Shown here piece after piece: positions 1-12,524 of a stretch of 64,000 bases of DNA. The notes beneath the pieces were generated by a model. That model saw only the letters and a list, made by a program, of their open reading frames with translations. It did no database searches and had not been told where the DNA came from. The position numbers and the translations under genes are program-made. The stretch comes from Callorhinchus milii (Eukaryota). Each line of letters opens with the position of its first letter. Positions within the stretch are counted from its first letter, which is position 1. The stretch covers positions 107,820,001 through 107,884,000 of the forward strand of contig NW_024704742.1 of NCBI RefSeq assembly GCF_018977255.1, in the 5' to 3' direction.

Positions 1-79
1 GGGAGCCACTGTACTGGGTACGGAAATGGTTTGCGGACTGGATGCAATCATCTTGCGGACCGCCAGTTGGTCCAACCCC

Positions 80-414
80 GATCCAAGATGACACTCCAGT
101 GCAGAACTGGTGGGGGTGTTGCATTGTCTGAGATTCTTTAGCTGAGACGTTAAGCCTGTTGAGGTGAATGTTAAAGATCCCTTGGCACTATGTGAAAAGG
201 GAAGGGAGTTTCTCCTGATGCCCTGGCTAACAAATTCCCTAAAATAAAATTGGTCACTCAACATCATGGCTGTTTGTGGGACATTTCTGTGCCAAACACG
301 TTTCACCCACAAAATACCCAGACAAAATACCACTTTACAATATATCCTGTAAAGAGCTTTGAGACGTCTCGATGAAGTGATAAGGTTCTGTATCAAATGC
401 AAGGATTATTATTG
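80..414 (+). mobile_element. Deu-domain SINE (AmnSINE1/SacSINE1-like), decayed
   Basis: GACACTCCAGTGCAG...TAAAGATCCC.TGGCACTA...CCTGGC core followed by CTGTTTGTGGGA and a CAAATGCAAGGATTATTA tail. Confidence 0.75.
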
Positions 415-557
415 TTGTACTTTAATGATGTATTGATGCGCGTTCATGACTTGTTTTGAAGTGACTGACTTTCTGTGTGTATACACAGTGATGTCATCTG
501 TCATGATCAGTGATGTCACGATACGGAAACACTGACCAGTGATCATGCCCTGTTTTA

Positions 558-668
558 ATAATAATAATCATCCTTGCATTTGATTTATCGCCTTATCACG
601 TCATTGAGACAGCTCAAAGCCCTTCACAGAATATACTATAAAGTGTAGTGACTGTATTTTGTGGGTGA
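558..668 (-). mobile_element. SINE 3' tail fragment
   Basis: Reverse complement of the SINE tail (taataat..ccttgcatttgat..ttcacagaatatac). Confidence 0.75.
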
Positions 669-996
669 GTTATGAGTCATTACAAGGAATGTATTGGCAA
701 CTGCTTGCATGCCATTGTTTTAAGTTAGCACATTATCCTGGAATAACCCAGGAGTAATGCAGGTCAGTATGCTGTGGGTGAGTCACCAACAGTTTAAAAG
801 TCTTATTTGCGCTTCATGCAAAAATGGAGCTTGAGGTATCAATTTACCTGTGCATCCTTATTTTTAAATCTAGTTTGAATGAGAAATTCCAACCATCCAA
901 TCATAAGGTGAGCTGGCTACAATGTGAGTGTTTGGCAATGGAATTTCAGAATTTCAGAATTGACCCTCTGGGATGGTCTCAGTAGACCAGTTTCTC

Positions 997-1478
997 AAGC
1001 TATGTGATTTTAGCTGGTTAAACTCCAGCACACTGTTGATGACAAACCAGCTAACCTGGTACAACAGCAGGATTTGGAACGGCAGACCAGTCAGTGGGAG
1101 GAGAAATTCTTCCCACTTGACTTCAAACCCCAATACAGTGGTGGCCAACCTTTTTGGTCAGCAGACCGAATCAATTTTCTTGATTGAATATTTCTTCATT
1201 TATGGCCACACCATGAGCATTGTTTCTCGGTAGCTACTGGAAACGAGGCATTGATTTGGAATGGACTCAATTGATGTGAAAGTTTGGCATGCCACTCTTT
1301 GACAGCCCTGTGGGCTGAAAGTGGTTGGGTTGGCTGCCACTGCCCTAATAGGTAGGAGGGTCCTAGCTGGACAAGCAGTGAGAAGTTTGCCAGACATTGG
1401 TCTCTATGGCAAGCTGTGTGATTTTAGCTGGTTAAATTCTAGCAGTGTCCCAAAACACTCTGGGGGCCCCAAGCCTTG
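997..1478 (+). repeat. Unclassified dispersed repeat 'family X', two rearranged fragments
   Basis: CAAGCT.TGTGATTTTAGCTGGTTAAA.TC.AGCA occurs at ~997 and ~1410 and matches copies at 25k, 39k, 42k, 44k and 55k. Confidence 0.7.
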
Positions 1479-1489
1479 CCTCTTGTCAA

Positions 1490-1612
1490 CATGTGCTTCG
1501 CCCACAAAATATACAGTCAATTCACTTTACAGTGTGTTCTGTGAAGCGCTTTGGGACGTCCTCCCGACGTGAAAAGCGCTATATCAAATGCAAGGATTAT
1601 TATTATTATTAC
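1490..1612 (+). mobile_element. SINE 3' tail with an L2-type GGGACGTCCTCCCGACGTG loop
   Basis: CCCACAAAATATACAGTCAATTCACTTTACAG...AAGGATTATTATTA. Confidence 0.8.
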
Positions 1613-2267
1613 TACATCTATGGAACTGGTTTGGGTACTCGCTGAAGAACTTATGTTTTATTAAAAGTTCTGTGCAATATGTGCTTATAAAATGAAGTTT
1701 ATATGAGAAATGTATAATATTTATTGCATTAAGTAAGATAGTACTGAGGAAAATCCTTGTTTTACAGTTAATTAGCTATATTTTCAGAAACTAGAAGTCT
1801 TCCGGTAATTGTCCAACAATGCTTTTGGTATGATGTAATAACCCATTCTGTAATGTTGGTTAGAATACCGGTTGGATTACATTTTACTTCCAATGAATTG
1901 TGCAGTATGGTGACTGGCTAACTCAACTTTTTAATTTAAAAGAAAATGCTTTTACTGCATTGGTCAGCAGGAACCTAAAGTCATAACAGGTCTAGATCTC
2001 ATTCTGAAGTGGTGTTTAAGTTACTGTAATAGCTATTGGTGTGAAATCGCAATGCTGACATGTCAGACCCAAGTATCCCTTTGTTTCAGATTTCCAGCAT
2101 CTGCAGTATTTGCGCCAAGTAATGTATTGTTGTAAATGTTTGCTTTCTCTTCTGTTTTAATGTTTTGTTGATTTTATTTTTGTACAGTCCTCGTCTATTT
2201 GTTGATTTTATAAAATTGGCAGTGTCATTTCTGAGTGCTATTTAAATTTTCTTTTACTTGGTATTTA

Positions 2268-3780
2268 TAGAATCATAGAATTATACAGCACAGAAAGAGG
2301 CCATTCAGCCCATCGTGTCTGTGCAGGCTCTTTGAAAAGAGCTATCCAAATCAGTACCACTCCCCCGCTCTCTTCCCATAGTCCTGGAAACTTGTCCTCC
2401 ACAAATAATTATCTACTTCTCTCTTAAGAGCTTTTATCAAATCAGCTTCCACCACCTTTCAGACAATGCATTCCAGATCCAAACAACTCGCTATGTGAAA
2501 AAATGGCTCCTTGCCTCCCCTCTGTTTCTTTTAACAACTATTTTAAGTTGGTGTCCTCAGGTTACTGGCCCACCCGCCAGTGGAAATAGTTTCTCCCTGT
2601 TCACCCTATCAAATCCCCCCATAATTTTGAAAACTTCTATTAAGTCTCCTCTTAACCTTCTCTGCTCCAAGAAGAATAATCCTAGTTTCTCTAGCCTCTC
2701 CTGATAACTGGAGTCCCTCATTCCTGGTACCATCCTGGTAAATCTCCTTTGTACCCTCTCCAATGCATTGACATCCTTCCTAAAGTGTGGTGCCCAGAAC
2801 TGAACACAGTACTCCAGCTGAGGCCTAACCAGTGTTTTATAAAGGTTCATCATAACTTCCTGACTTTTGTATTCTCTGCCCCTATTTATAAACCCTAGTA
2901 TCCCGTATGCTTTTTTAACAGCTTTATCGACTGTCTTGCCACCTTTAAAGATTTACTTATATATGAACCCCCAGGTTTCTATCTTATATGTTGCTTATAT
3001 TGCCTCTCTTCATTCTTAATCTCAAAATGCATCACTTTGCATTTATCCACATTAAACTTCATCTGACACATATCTGCCCATTTTACCAGTCTGTCTATGT
3101 CCTCTTGCAGTCTGCTACTATCCTCCTCACTGTTTACTATTTTTCCGAGTTTGTATCATCTGTAAACTTGGAAATTGTACTCCCTATACCTAAGTCCTAC
3201 ACCCATTTATATGAATCAAAAAGAGCAGTGGTCCCAATAATGACTCCTGGGGGACACCCTTCCCTCCAGTCAGATAAACAACCGTTCACCACCACTCTCT
3301 GCTTTCTGTCTCCCAGCCAGTTCTGTATCCATGCTGCCACTGTCCCTTTAATACCGTGGGCTTCTATTTTGCTTACAAGTCTCCAGTGTGTCACTTTATC
3401 AAACGCCTTTTGAAAATCCATATAGACTGCATCAACTGCACTACCTTCATCCACCTGTTACTTCATCAAAAAACTATCAGGTTTGTTAGATTGTTGATTT
3501 GCCCTTAACAAATCCGTGTTGGCTGACCTTTATTAACACATATTTTTCTAAGTGAAAATTGATTTTGTCCCAGATTATAGTCTCTAGAAGTTACCCCACT
3601 GTTGATGTTAGGCTGAATGGCCTGTAGTTCCCGGGTTAATTCTTCTGCCCTTTTTTTGTACAGGAGAGTAACATTGCAACCCTCCAGTCCTCTGGCACTG
3701 CCCCAGTGTCCAAGGAAGATTGAAAGATTGTGACCAGAGCCTCCGTTATTTCCACCCTTCCCTCAGTAACCTAGGATGCT
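2268..3780 (-). mobile_element. CR1 LINE, 5'-truncated and decayed
   Basis: Minus-strand ORFs VYMDFQKAFDKV and LVRPQLEYCVQFWAP...RRLRGDLIEVFK; tagaatcatagaat = (ATTCTATG)n tail. Confidence 0.92.
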
Positions 3781-3940
3781 TCAATCCACGACTGTTTGTG
3801 GGACACTGCTGTGCGCAATTGGCTGCCGCATTTGGCAATAAATATACAGTCAATTCACTTTACAGCATCTTCTGTGAAGCGCTTTGAGACTTCTAGAAGA
3901 TGTGAAAAGTGCTATATCAAATGTAAGGATTATTATTATA
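3781..3940 (+). mobile_element. SINE 3' half
   Basis: TCAATCCACGACTGTTTGTGGGACACTGCTGTGCGCAATTGGCTGCC...GGATTATTA. Confidence 0.85.
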
Positions 3941-4159
3941 CATTATTTATTTATGCATCCCGTCCGGACTGGGTAACTTATCTGCTAGAATCGCCATATG
4001 ACTAATTTGTAGATGTGCCTTCAGTAATGCACCCACATTATTGTTGCATTGTTTGATGAAACTAAAATATTATGCACATAATACCTCTTGTTTTTGTACC
4101 ATTTTGTTACTTATTTTTTCTTATCCTCTTCTGAAGACACTGTTTCTTGTAGGAGTATC

Positions 4160-4358
4160 ATGTTCTGGAACTCTCTCCCCCAATCCCTCCACCTTGCCCC
4201 CTCCCTCCCCACTTTCAAATCCTGCCTAAAGACCTTCCTTTTTGATTGTGCTTGCGGTCAGCTCCCTCTCCCCCGGCTCGGGGTTAGACTCTGCCACTGT
4301 TAAGCACTCAGGGACACTACCCGACGTGAAGAGTGCTATATAAATGCACGTTGTTGTT
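4160..4358 (+). mobile_element. L2 LINE 3' end
   Basis: WNSLP...FKSCLKTFLF ORF2 C-terminus; stem-loop plus (TTG)n tail. Confidence 0.8.
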
Positions 4359-5194
4359 GGTGGTGCCTACAATTTAGTAGCTCACTCAAGTTATCTTAGA
4401 TAGTGAATATGGCAGGCTATTCAAACATGAGATTATTGCATCGTATCCTTCTCTCACGTAATGCCCACATGTGCAGAGGTCACTGGTTCATAATCAGAAG
4501 CTGCAACTTGGCTGTTTTCCTCCTCTCTCATTACTCATTAAATAGTTCCATGATAATATTTTATATAGTTGAAATATTACTGTTTAAATTTATTGAAAAT
4601 ATTTGAGAACCATATACAGTGGGACTCTGTTACACTACAGGTCTGTATATAATGCAGGTACTTTAGACCTGCAGTACACTGGAAGTGTGGTACACATTGG
4701 GCAATTGGTGCTGACTGGCCAGGCTTCTGCACATAGTGCGCAGTCCAGAAGGCCTCCTGGAGTTAGTAGCATCCTAGCATCCGAGCTTGATGGCTTTAGG
4801 CGCATTGCTTAGTTGTGTCAGCAGCAATTTCACAACCCAGAAATGTTGAGTGGAAGTCACACTATAATACACCAATGAGCATCTATGATTTAGGCATAAT
4901 TATTGCACCTCTTCTTTGATCCTCCCACTTGCTGCCCAGATGAAGTCAAAGTTTCAGAGCTCCAAGTGGATTTACAGTCCCACACAAATCAGACAAGCAC
5001 CTGCCCCTTCCCCATCTTCTGAGACGAACTGACAGCACCTTATGCATATTAGAGACCAGACTGTATTGCTCGGATTTATAGTACACAAGGGGCTCCAAAA
5101 TTGCGACTAGATTGACTCTGGTGGACAAATGCAGTTTTCCATTACTTTTTTCCATCCCTCAATTGGCAGGTATGCTTACCTACTATTACAATCA

Positions 5195-5390
5195 ATAACA
5201 ACTTGCATTTATATAGCACCCTTCAAGAGGGCAGCTTCTCAGAGCGCTTAACAGAGTTCCAAAGCATCCGGGCATAGTGGCTGAAATCACGGCCGCCGAT
5301 GGTGGAACCGAGGGGCCAGAGTGGTGGCAGTTGGTAATGGAGTGGAGAGAATGCAAGGCGGAGAGGTAGGGATGTGCCAGGGCATGATGG
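5195..5390 (-). mobile_element. L2 LINE 3' end, decayed
   Basis: aacaacttgcatttatatagcacc is the reverse-complement tail. Confidence 0.6.
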
Positions 5391-6132
5391 GATTTGTAGA
5401 GTGATATTATGCAGGTTCTCTCATTTTACATCTCCCTCATTTCATAGTGTGGATTAAGTTTTAGCGGGGATATAGATTAAACACTATTCACTGAGCGTGC
5501 GTACAACCATGCTTCCCTCCAACACAGTTTGTGTTAAAATTGCAGTGTTTTTTTGCTTAGAAAAAAAGTCTGACTTCTGGGTCATCAGATTGCTACTGAT
5601 GTCACTTTCTACGTATGCGCAACGCAGTTACCCTTTTATTTCAAGCAAGGGAATCACCCGGCATGCAAGAAGTGGATCGGCAGGCTGTGCATATCCATGG
5701 TGGAACTAGCTGTGGTGCCTTGCTTATTGGAATTTCATGGATCTCCAAACTAGATTATAAGTGTTCACCACTGTAATCATGAGCATGACAAATATCAGTG
5801 AAAAGTGGGTAAACTGGTAGTGACTCAGGAACTGAAAGTGTACACATTACTGGTACTGCAGCATTATAAATTGATTCTTCAGAAGATTAATGCAAGTTCC
5901 ATTGTACAGATTGCTTCTTTGTACATACTTTTCTGACCTTCAAAGTGCGGTAAGACTAGTGCACTGACTTGATCGTAAATCACGATGATTACACCAGGTT
6001 GCTACAGTCGTGTGACAATTGCATCTAGGGCTTTACATTATTATAGTAGTCAGTACAAGCACCAGTTGTGGAACAAGAAGGTAAAAAGGTTCCAAAAACA
6101 GCCGAATAATTTCTTGTCAACTAAAAGGATTA

Positions 6133-7305
6133 TAATAATAATAATCCTTGCATTTGATATAACGCCTTATCATGTCGTTGAAACGTCTCAAAGTGCTTCA
6201 CAGAATATATTGTAAATTGGATTGAATGTATGTTGTGGGGGAAACCTATGCGCCACTAGATGTCAGGTTCGACCCCCAGCTCTCCTTCGTACCCCACATC
6301 CGGTCCCTGGCCAGGACCGCTTTCTTCCACCTCCGCCACATTGTCCGCCTGTACCTCACCCCAAAAGCGTCCGAAACCCTCGTCTACGCTTTCTCAAACA
6401 CCCTCCTCGCTGGTCTCCCCTGCCTCCACTATTCACAAAATTCAACTAACTCAAACATCTCCTGCACTAAACTTCGTACCTTATTTTCAAATCTCTTCAA
6501 GCCCTCGGACCTCCCTACCTATCTGATTTGCTAACCCCACCCACTCCACCATCCGCTTCCTCTGCTTGGCCGACTCTTGCCTCCTGTTAGTCCCTCACCC
6601 CCTCTGCTCCACCATCAGCAGCCGTGCTTTCAGCGACTACGTCCTGTAGCTCTGGAACTCCCTCCTTCAATCCCTCTGCCTTGCCCCCTCCTTCCCCACT
6701 TCCAAATCGAGCCTAAATACCTTCCTTTTTGATTGTGCTTTCGGTCACCTCCCTCTCCCCCTGGCTCGGTATCAGACTCCACCATTGTCAAGTGCCCCGG
6801 GACGCTACCCTGCGTGAAGGATGCTATATAAATGAAAGTTGTTGCTGTGTACCTCCATTACCACAGTCCTTGTCAAACTCCATTGGCTCCCTGTCACAGA
6901 GCGGATCGATTTCAAGATCCTCACACTTGTATTTAAATCCTTCACGGGCTGGCAACCCCTATCTCTCCAACCTGCTGTCTCCCTGCGCTACTACCCGCTG
7001 CCTGTGTTCGACTGTCTCCGGCCTCCTCCTTGTTCCCTGGGAACCTCCAACCCATCATTGGTGGCCATGCTTTCAGCCACTACCCCCCAAAGCTGTGGAA
7101 CTCTCTCCCTTAATCCTTCACCTTTCCACTTCTCCCTGTTTTCAGGTCGCGCTTGAAGACCTTCCAATTCGGGTTCCTACTTACTGCTTGGTAAACCGAG
7201 GCATATGGAGTAAAGAAACTTACCTAAGGTTTCGGCCTGCCCCGTAATTAAATCCAGGTCATTTCGCTTGCGAGGCGATGGCTCTTAACCAATATGCTAC
7301 AGGAT
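6133..7305 (-). mobile_element. tRNA-derived SINE split by L2 insertions (tail ~6133-6250, head ~7168-7305)
   Basis: Reverse-complement tail at 6133; reverse-complement head (gttcctacttactgct..ggtaaaccgaggc..gctacagga) at 7168-7305. Confidence 0.75.
6260..7165 (+). mobile_element. Two tandem L2 3' fragments (~6260-6845, ~6850-7165)
   Basis: FDPQLSFVPHI..TAFFHLRHI and LHWLPVTERIDFKILTL peptides; ATAAATGAAAGTTGTTG tail. Confidence 0.88.
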
Positions 7306-7915
7306 TAGGTACAGTATTAAGTAAAGATATAAAGGAACATACAGAAATTGAATTGGAGAGTTACCGTGGATATGATAGCAGTGCCTGTTGCACTTTGTAA
7401 AAAAAATGAAAAGGCAAGGCTGATTGGCGGAGTTCTACGCATGTGGTTATTTGTCTTTAAAGCCTTTCATCAAATCCAAGACCAAGTCTGCTTTTCTCCA
7501 TCTCCGCAACATTAACCCCTCACTCTGCATTGCGAGTGAGTTTGACAAGGACTGTGGTAATGGAGGTACAACAGCAACAACTTTCATTTTTTATATTACA
7601 TTTGTGAAGTCTCTGTTGAGATATGTTTCTAAACTTTAATGGGTTAAAACTCAGTAAAATTGGAAATGCAAATACTTGTGTGAAAGACGACTCGGAAATC
7701 TAGCAAAGTTCCTTAAACCATTTCACTCAGCTGTTGGAATTTCTTTTGCATTTCAGGTAAAATTGTTATTGGTTAATGTTTAAGTTTACTTTATGCTGTT
7801 AAATATGTGGCTGGTGATAAATAGATATTCAAAGTACAAAATTGACTTAAGCTACTCATGGTTTATCATGTACACCTTTCTTTGTTCCAAATATACTTTT
7901 CATCTACCCATTCAA

Positions 7916-8080
7916 TTTCAATCCACGACTGTTTGTGGGACACTGCTGTACGCAATTGGCTGCCGTGTTTTGCCCACAAATGTACAGTCAATTCACTTTG
8001 CAGTATATTCTGTGAAGCGCTTTGAGACGTCTAGAAGACGTGAAAAGCGCTATATCAAATGCAAGGATTATTATTATTAT
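7916..8080 (+). mobile_element. SINE 3' half
   Basis: Near-consensus body and tail. Confidence 0.85.
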
Positions 8081-8680
8081 CCACATCTTCTTCACCCAAA
8101 ACTTGTTTTCACCAATGCCTTCCTCCCTGATCTTCCTAGTTCCACTTTCTAATTTTCAGAAGCCCCAGATTATTCAGAACTCTACAGTCCACATCCTTTG
8201 CTGCCCCAGGCTCTCGGAGTGCATCATTTCTACCCTGAATGAAGTGCTTTGAGATGTCCTCCCAACATCAGAGTCGCTGTATGAATGTAAATTGTGATTC
8301 TTATCCTCACCAGGCTTCCCATTCCCCAATGGATTGACTTCAGGATTGTTGCTTTAACATTCAAATGTCTTCATGTTCTTGCCACACTGTTGTTTCCTGT
8401 AGTTCTCATTCCCTGTTCACTCCCTCTGTACTAACACAGGCCTGCTTCACTTCCTCCGCCCCACCATTGGTGGCGTTTAGCCACTTTGCCCCTGCTTTTT
8501 GGAACTCCCTAAATTCCTCTGCCTGGTACCCTCTTCTGCTTTTAAAAAATCTACCAATTTGCCTGCATCTTCAGTGCATCCTCCTCTCTTCTGCTCCATA
8601 CTCTGGTGTCTACTCTTACTCTGTTAAGCTCTTTGAGATGTTTTCCTTTGGAGAAAGGTAATATACAAATGCAAGTACAG
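8081..8680 (+). mobile_element. Old L2 3' fragments, nested
   Basis: QIIQNS..., GGTGGCGTTTAGCCACTTTGCCCC..GGAACTCCCT; two decayed tails. Confidence 0.6.
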
Positions 8681-9413
8681 CAGTTTTGTGTCCACAGTGT
8701 GGCTAGATAATTTTGAAATCTAAAGCTCACTGAACAGGCTGGTGACTGAAATGTTCTTTTGTCTTTTCCCTTTCCCTCCTTCACCCCCACCCCCCATCTG
8801 TTGAGCATTATAGGAAGTAAGGAAAAATAAAATTATTGTTTTGTATATTAAACATGCATGGTCTTTTATAACACAATTGTAAGGAAATACTATAGAGTAA
8901 AACTCATACATCTTCCCTTTATATATCATATAATCGCCTAAGTCATACATGCACCTGAGTCTCATTCAGTTTCCTATCAAACCCATTTAGAATTCTTTGC
9001 ATAAGTTGTATTAATCAACTTCTAATATCACTCCCCTATCCTCCATTATTCCCACACCAAACGGCTTGATCCGTCAACCCGTGCCAGAAAATTTAATTTT
9101 CTGTGATTTGATGCGATTCTATGCCGGTAAATGTACATGTGGCTACAGTCAAGACACATTGAATCAGGGGAAACTTAGTCTTGACTCATCATCACATGCT
9201 CGCTTATCGGCTGCAGTGACAAAGTACCCATGCGCATTTACCGGCTGCATTGAATTGCGTATGAGCAGTGTAGATTTATTAAATCAAATTTATATGACTT
9301 ATGCAAGTTAAGTTTGCCTGCAGCTCGGACTTCATGCCAGTCCAAGTAAATGTTATGGTCCTAATTGATACAGCATATATGAGTTTTACCTTACTGTGCC
9401 AATTGGTTACATG

Positions 9414-10037
9414 GAAGTCCTGTAGCTCAGTGGTTAGAGCACTCGCCTCACAAGCGAGAAACCTGAGCTTGATTCCCGGGCAGGGCGAAACGTTGGACAA
9501 GTTTCCTTACTCCACATGCCTCTGTTTACCTAGCAATAATAATAATAATCCTTGCATTTGATATAGCGCTTTTCACGTCGGGAGGACGTCCCAAAGCGCT
9601 TCACAGAACACACTGTAAAGTGAATTGACTGTATATTTGTGGGCGAACTCGGCAGCCAATTGCACACAGCAATGTCCCACAAACAGTCGTAGATTGAAAA
9701 TGACCAATTTTATTTGCCTGTATCAATCAGGACCATAACATTTACTTGGACTGGCATGAAGTCCGAGCTGCAGGCAAACTTAACTTTATAAGTAGGAAGC
9801 TGCTTGTTAGTTGATTGGCAGATCGCTTTTCTGATGTAATAATTCCTTCAAAAAAAATAATAATAATAAATTGACTTGAATCCACGACTGTTTGTGGGGA
9901 CACTGTTGTGCACAATTGGCTGCCACGTTTTGTCGACAAAATATAGTCAATTCACTTTACAGTATATTTTGTGAAGCACTTTGAGACATCTCGAAGATGT
10001 GATAAAGCGCTATATCAAATGCAGGGATTATTATTAT
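9414..10037 (+). mobile_element. Full-length tRNA-derived SINE interrupted at ~9536 by an antisense SINE tail (9536-9712) and an inverted local duplication (9718-9786)
   Basis: Head TAGCTCAGTGG (A box)...GATTCCC (B-box-like); body resumes at TAAGTAGGAAG ~9789; tail ends at 10037. Confidence 0.85.
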
Positions 10038-11221
10038 CTGAGTAGATTGCATTAGAAATCTCTTCATGCTTCCACCAGAATTAAAAACATAGCAGACTGT
10101 TTAAAATGTCCATTACAAGTAAAGTTAGGAAGTATAGCTAAATGAAGTTCACAAGCCTAATTATAATATGTATTTATAAGGAGTGCCTTTTCATTGAAAA
10201 TTTAAGCCGTATAGGAAATTTACATTTCAAGCTCAGGTGTGGCGAAATAGGGCTTACTGTTTTCAAACTAGGTTAGAGTCAGGTCTGGGGTATAAATCAG
10301 AGTGGTGTAGCTTGTGACATTAGTTTGCCTTGTTGCTTATCATTTGAATGGAGATTACGTTGGTAGTTCCCAGTGAGAAGTCTCAATAATGTCTGTGCAA
10401 ACAGACTCATATTTTTCTTATTGTCAGGAACGATTAGGAGTATAGAATTAAGCAACTTGGGAGTATCTCAAGGGAGATGATCAGAGTTAAGTGACCAGGG
10501 GGTGGGGTGGGGGGAAGCGATCAAAGTTCAGTGACTCTTGAATTTCACAAGTTAAGTATTGTCGCTGGGAACCAGCACTGTAAACTGAAAAACTTCATTC
10601 TCTTGCCAAGAAAGATTTGTCTATTGGGTTAGGCACAAGAATGTTGCAAGTCATAAAATCACTTTGTGTGAAGTTGATTATGCACTAGATTTGACTTTGT
10701 ACCAAGGAAAATCAGAACCATGTTGACTGAAAGTGACTACAAGTATTTAACATGATACAATACTGTGTACTGAGCAACAACGTGAAATTTTTCCTATGTG
10801 GGAATAATCTGTTATCTCATACTTACAAAGATTACAGTTCCATCCCATCACTTTCATAAGGGCAATAAATAGTTTATTAATGTGCAACACATAAAATAGA
10901 ATCATACAAATTATAGAAGGAAGCCTTTTGGACCATTGTTCTCCTCCTCTGGAGCTAACAGGGTAATCCTATTTCACCAACTCCCTTACATTCTTCAAAT
11001 GCTGATATAACTCTTTTATATGTTATCTTTTTAGCTTCAATAACTACCAAACCAGAGTGGCGATTGACTTTTCATGTTTGAACCCTGAAGTTCACAATAT
11101 TCACAATCTTCCCTTTATCTAGCTAGAGGGGAAAATAATGAGTTCCTGATTTCAGACTGGAACTTGGGGGATTCCTGATAGTGTAACATGCCACATCTTT
11201 CAAAGCTGACTATTATTAATA

Positions 11222-11630
11222 ATATAATAATACTTACATTTGGTATAGTACTTTTATGTTAGAAGGATGTCTCAAAGCACTTAACAGGGTATACTATAAA
11301 GTGTAGTGTGTATTTGTAGGCAAAAGTGGGAGCCAATTGAGCACGACAATGTTCTACAAACAGCCATGAAGTGAATGACCTATTTTAAGGATTGTTGGCT
11401 CGGAGACCAGGAGGAACTCCCTTTTTTTGAATAGTGCTATGAGATCTTTCATCTCCACCTAAACAGGCACAGATGGGGCCTCGGTTTAACATCTTATTCG
11501 AAGGACGTCCAACAATACAGCACATCCCCAGTAATGTATTGGAGTGTCAGCCCAGCCTATACGATTTTGAAGCGTTGGCCTGGGGCACACAACCTTCAGA
11601 CTCAAGTGCTACCAATTGAATCAGGCTGGC
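11222..11630 (-). mobile_element. Deu-domain SINE, decayed
   Basis: Reverse-complement core gaatagtgctatgagatctt..ggggcctcggtttaac..ggagtgtcagc. Confidence 0.8.
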
Positions 11631-12524
11631 AAGTAAGTTGGTTGCCCACTATTCGTGACCTAGTTTTTAATCAGAATAAAACTACAACAGGTATTGCAGT
11701 CAGATTGTTGTTGCTCTTATTTCAAGGACAATCTGAATTACAGTTTGTCAGCACACTGATTGAGCCACCCAGGTCCCTTCTATGGTCCATTTTAAATGCA
11801 ATATTTTTGGAATCCTAATTTTAATTCTTGTTCAGCAAAAATGTTTCCATCCTTACTCTAAACCTGTTTTTCTTTCTCTGTGGAAAGTAAACAAATTCTA
11901 GAAACTTTAGAATGACATTTTCTGCAACTAATCATTCTCTATCTCTCTACTTTCATCAACACTTTTTCATTCTCCCTTTATTCAGCTTTCTCAAAATACA
12001 GTTTTATCTCTGGAACTGCAAATCCCCAGCTCAGGTGCAAAGCCTCAACTGTCCAGAGCATTGGGACGTAATCCTGACATGAAAAGCGTTGTATGAATGC
12101 AATGTATTGTTATCTGAGAATATTGAGAGGTCTATCATGGTTCTGCCTATCCTGGTTTATAGTCCCCTCCTAATGCAAATTTAACCTCAAATTTAAATAT
12201 GGTTGCTCATCTCCTCAGTGTTTCTGGACGTTTTCTGGGCAGATTTAGCTACTGTGCTTGCCAAAACAACATTGATTTAATTTTTAGTCAGTTATTTTGT
12301 AAAGTGCTTAGAGATTATTTTTATTTGAAAGGCTCTTTATAGCTGCAAGATATTTTCATCAGTGCAATTTTTATTAATAGTTGTTATTGCTTCGAATAGG
12401 GTTTGCAGTGGTCTTTTCCTGTACATTCCTATGTTAATCAAGCAAGTTGGGAGAATCTAAAAACAAAAAGTGAGTCTGCACTGATGATACCTTCTCAGAA
12501 TAGATCCCAGAATGTTATAAAAGT

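Noticed and set aside
502..546. Box C/D snoRNA-like stem (catgatca...tgatcatg with CTGA)
   Set aside because: Only ~45 nt, imperfect C box, no recognisable guide.
9414..9490. tRNA gene (also 40690-40764 and 51319-51392)
   Set aside because: A/B boxes are present but the acceptor stem is not intact and each runs into a SINE body and tail.
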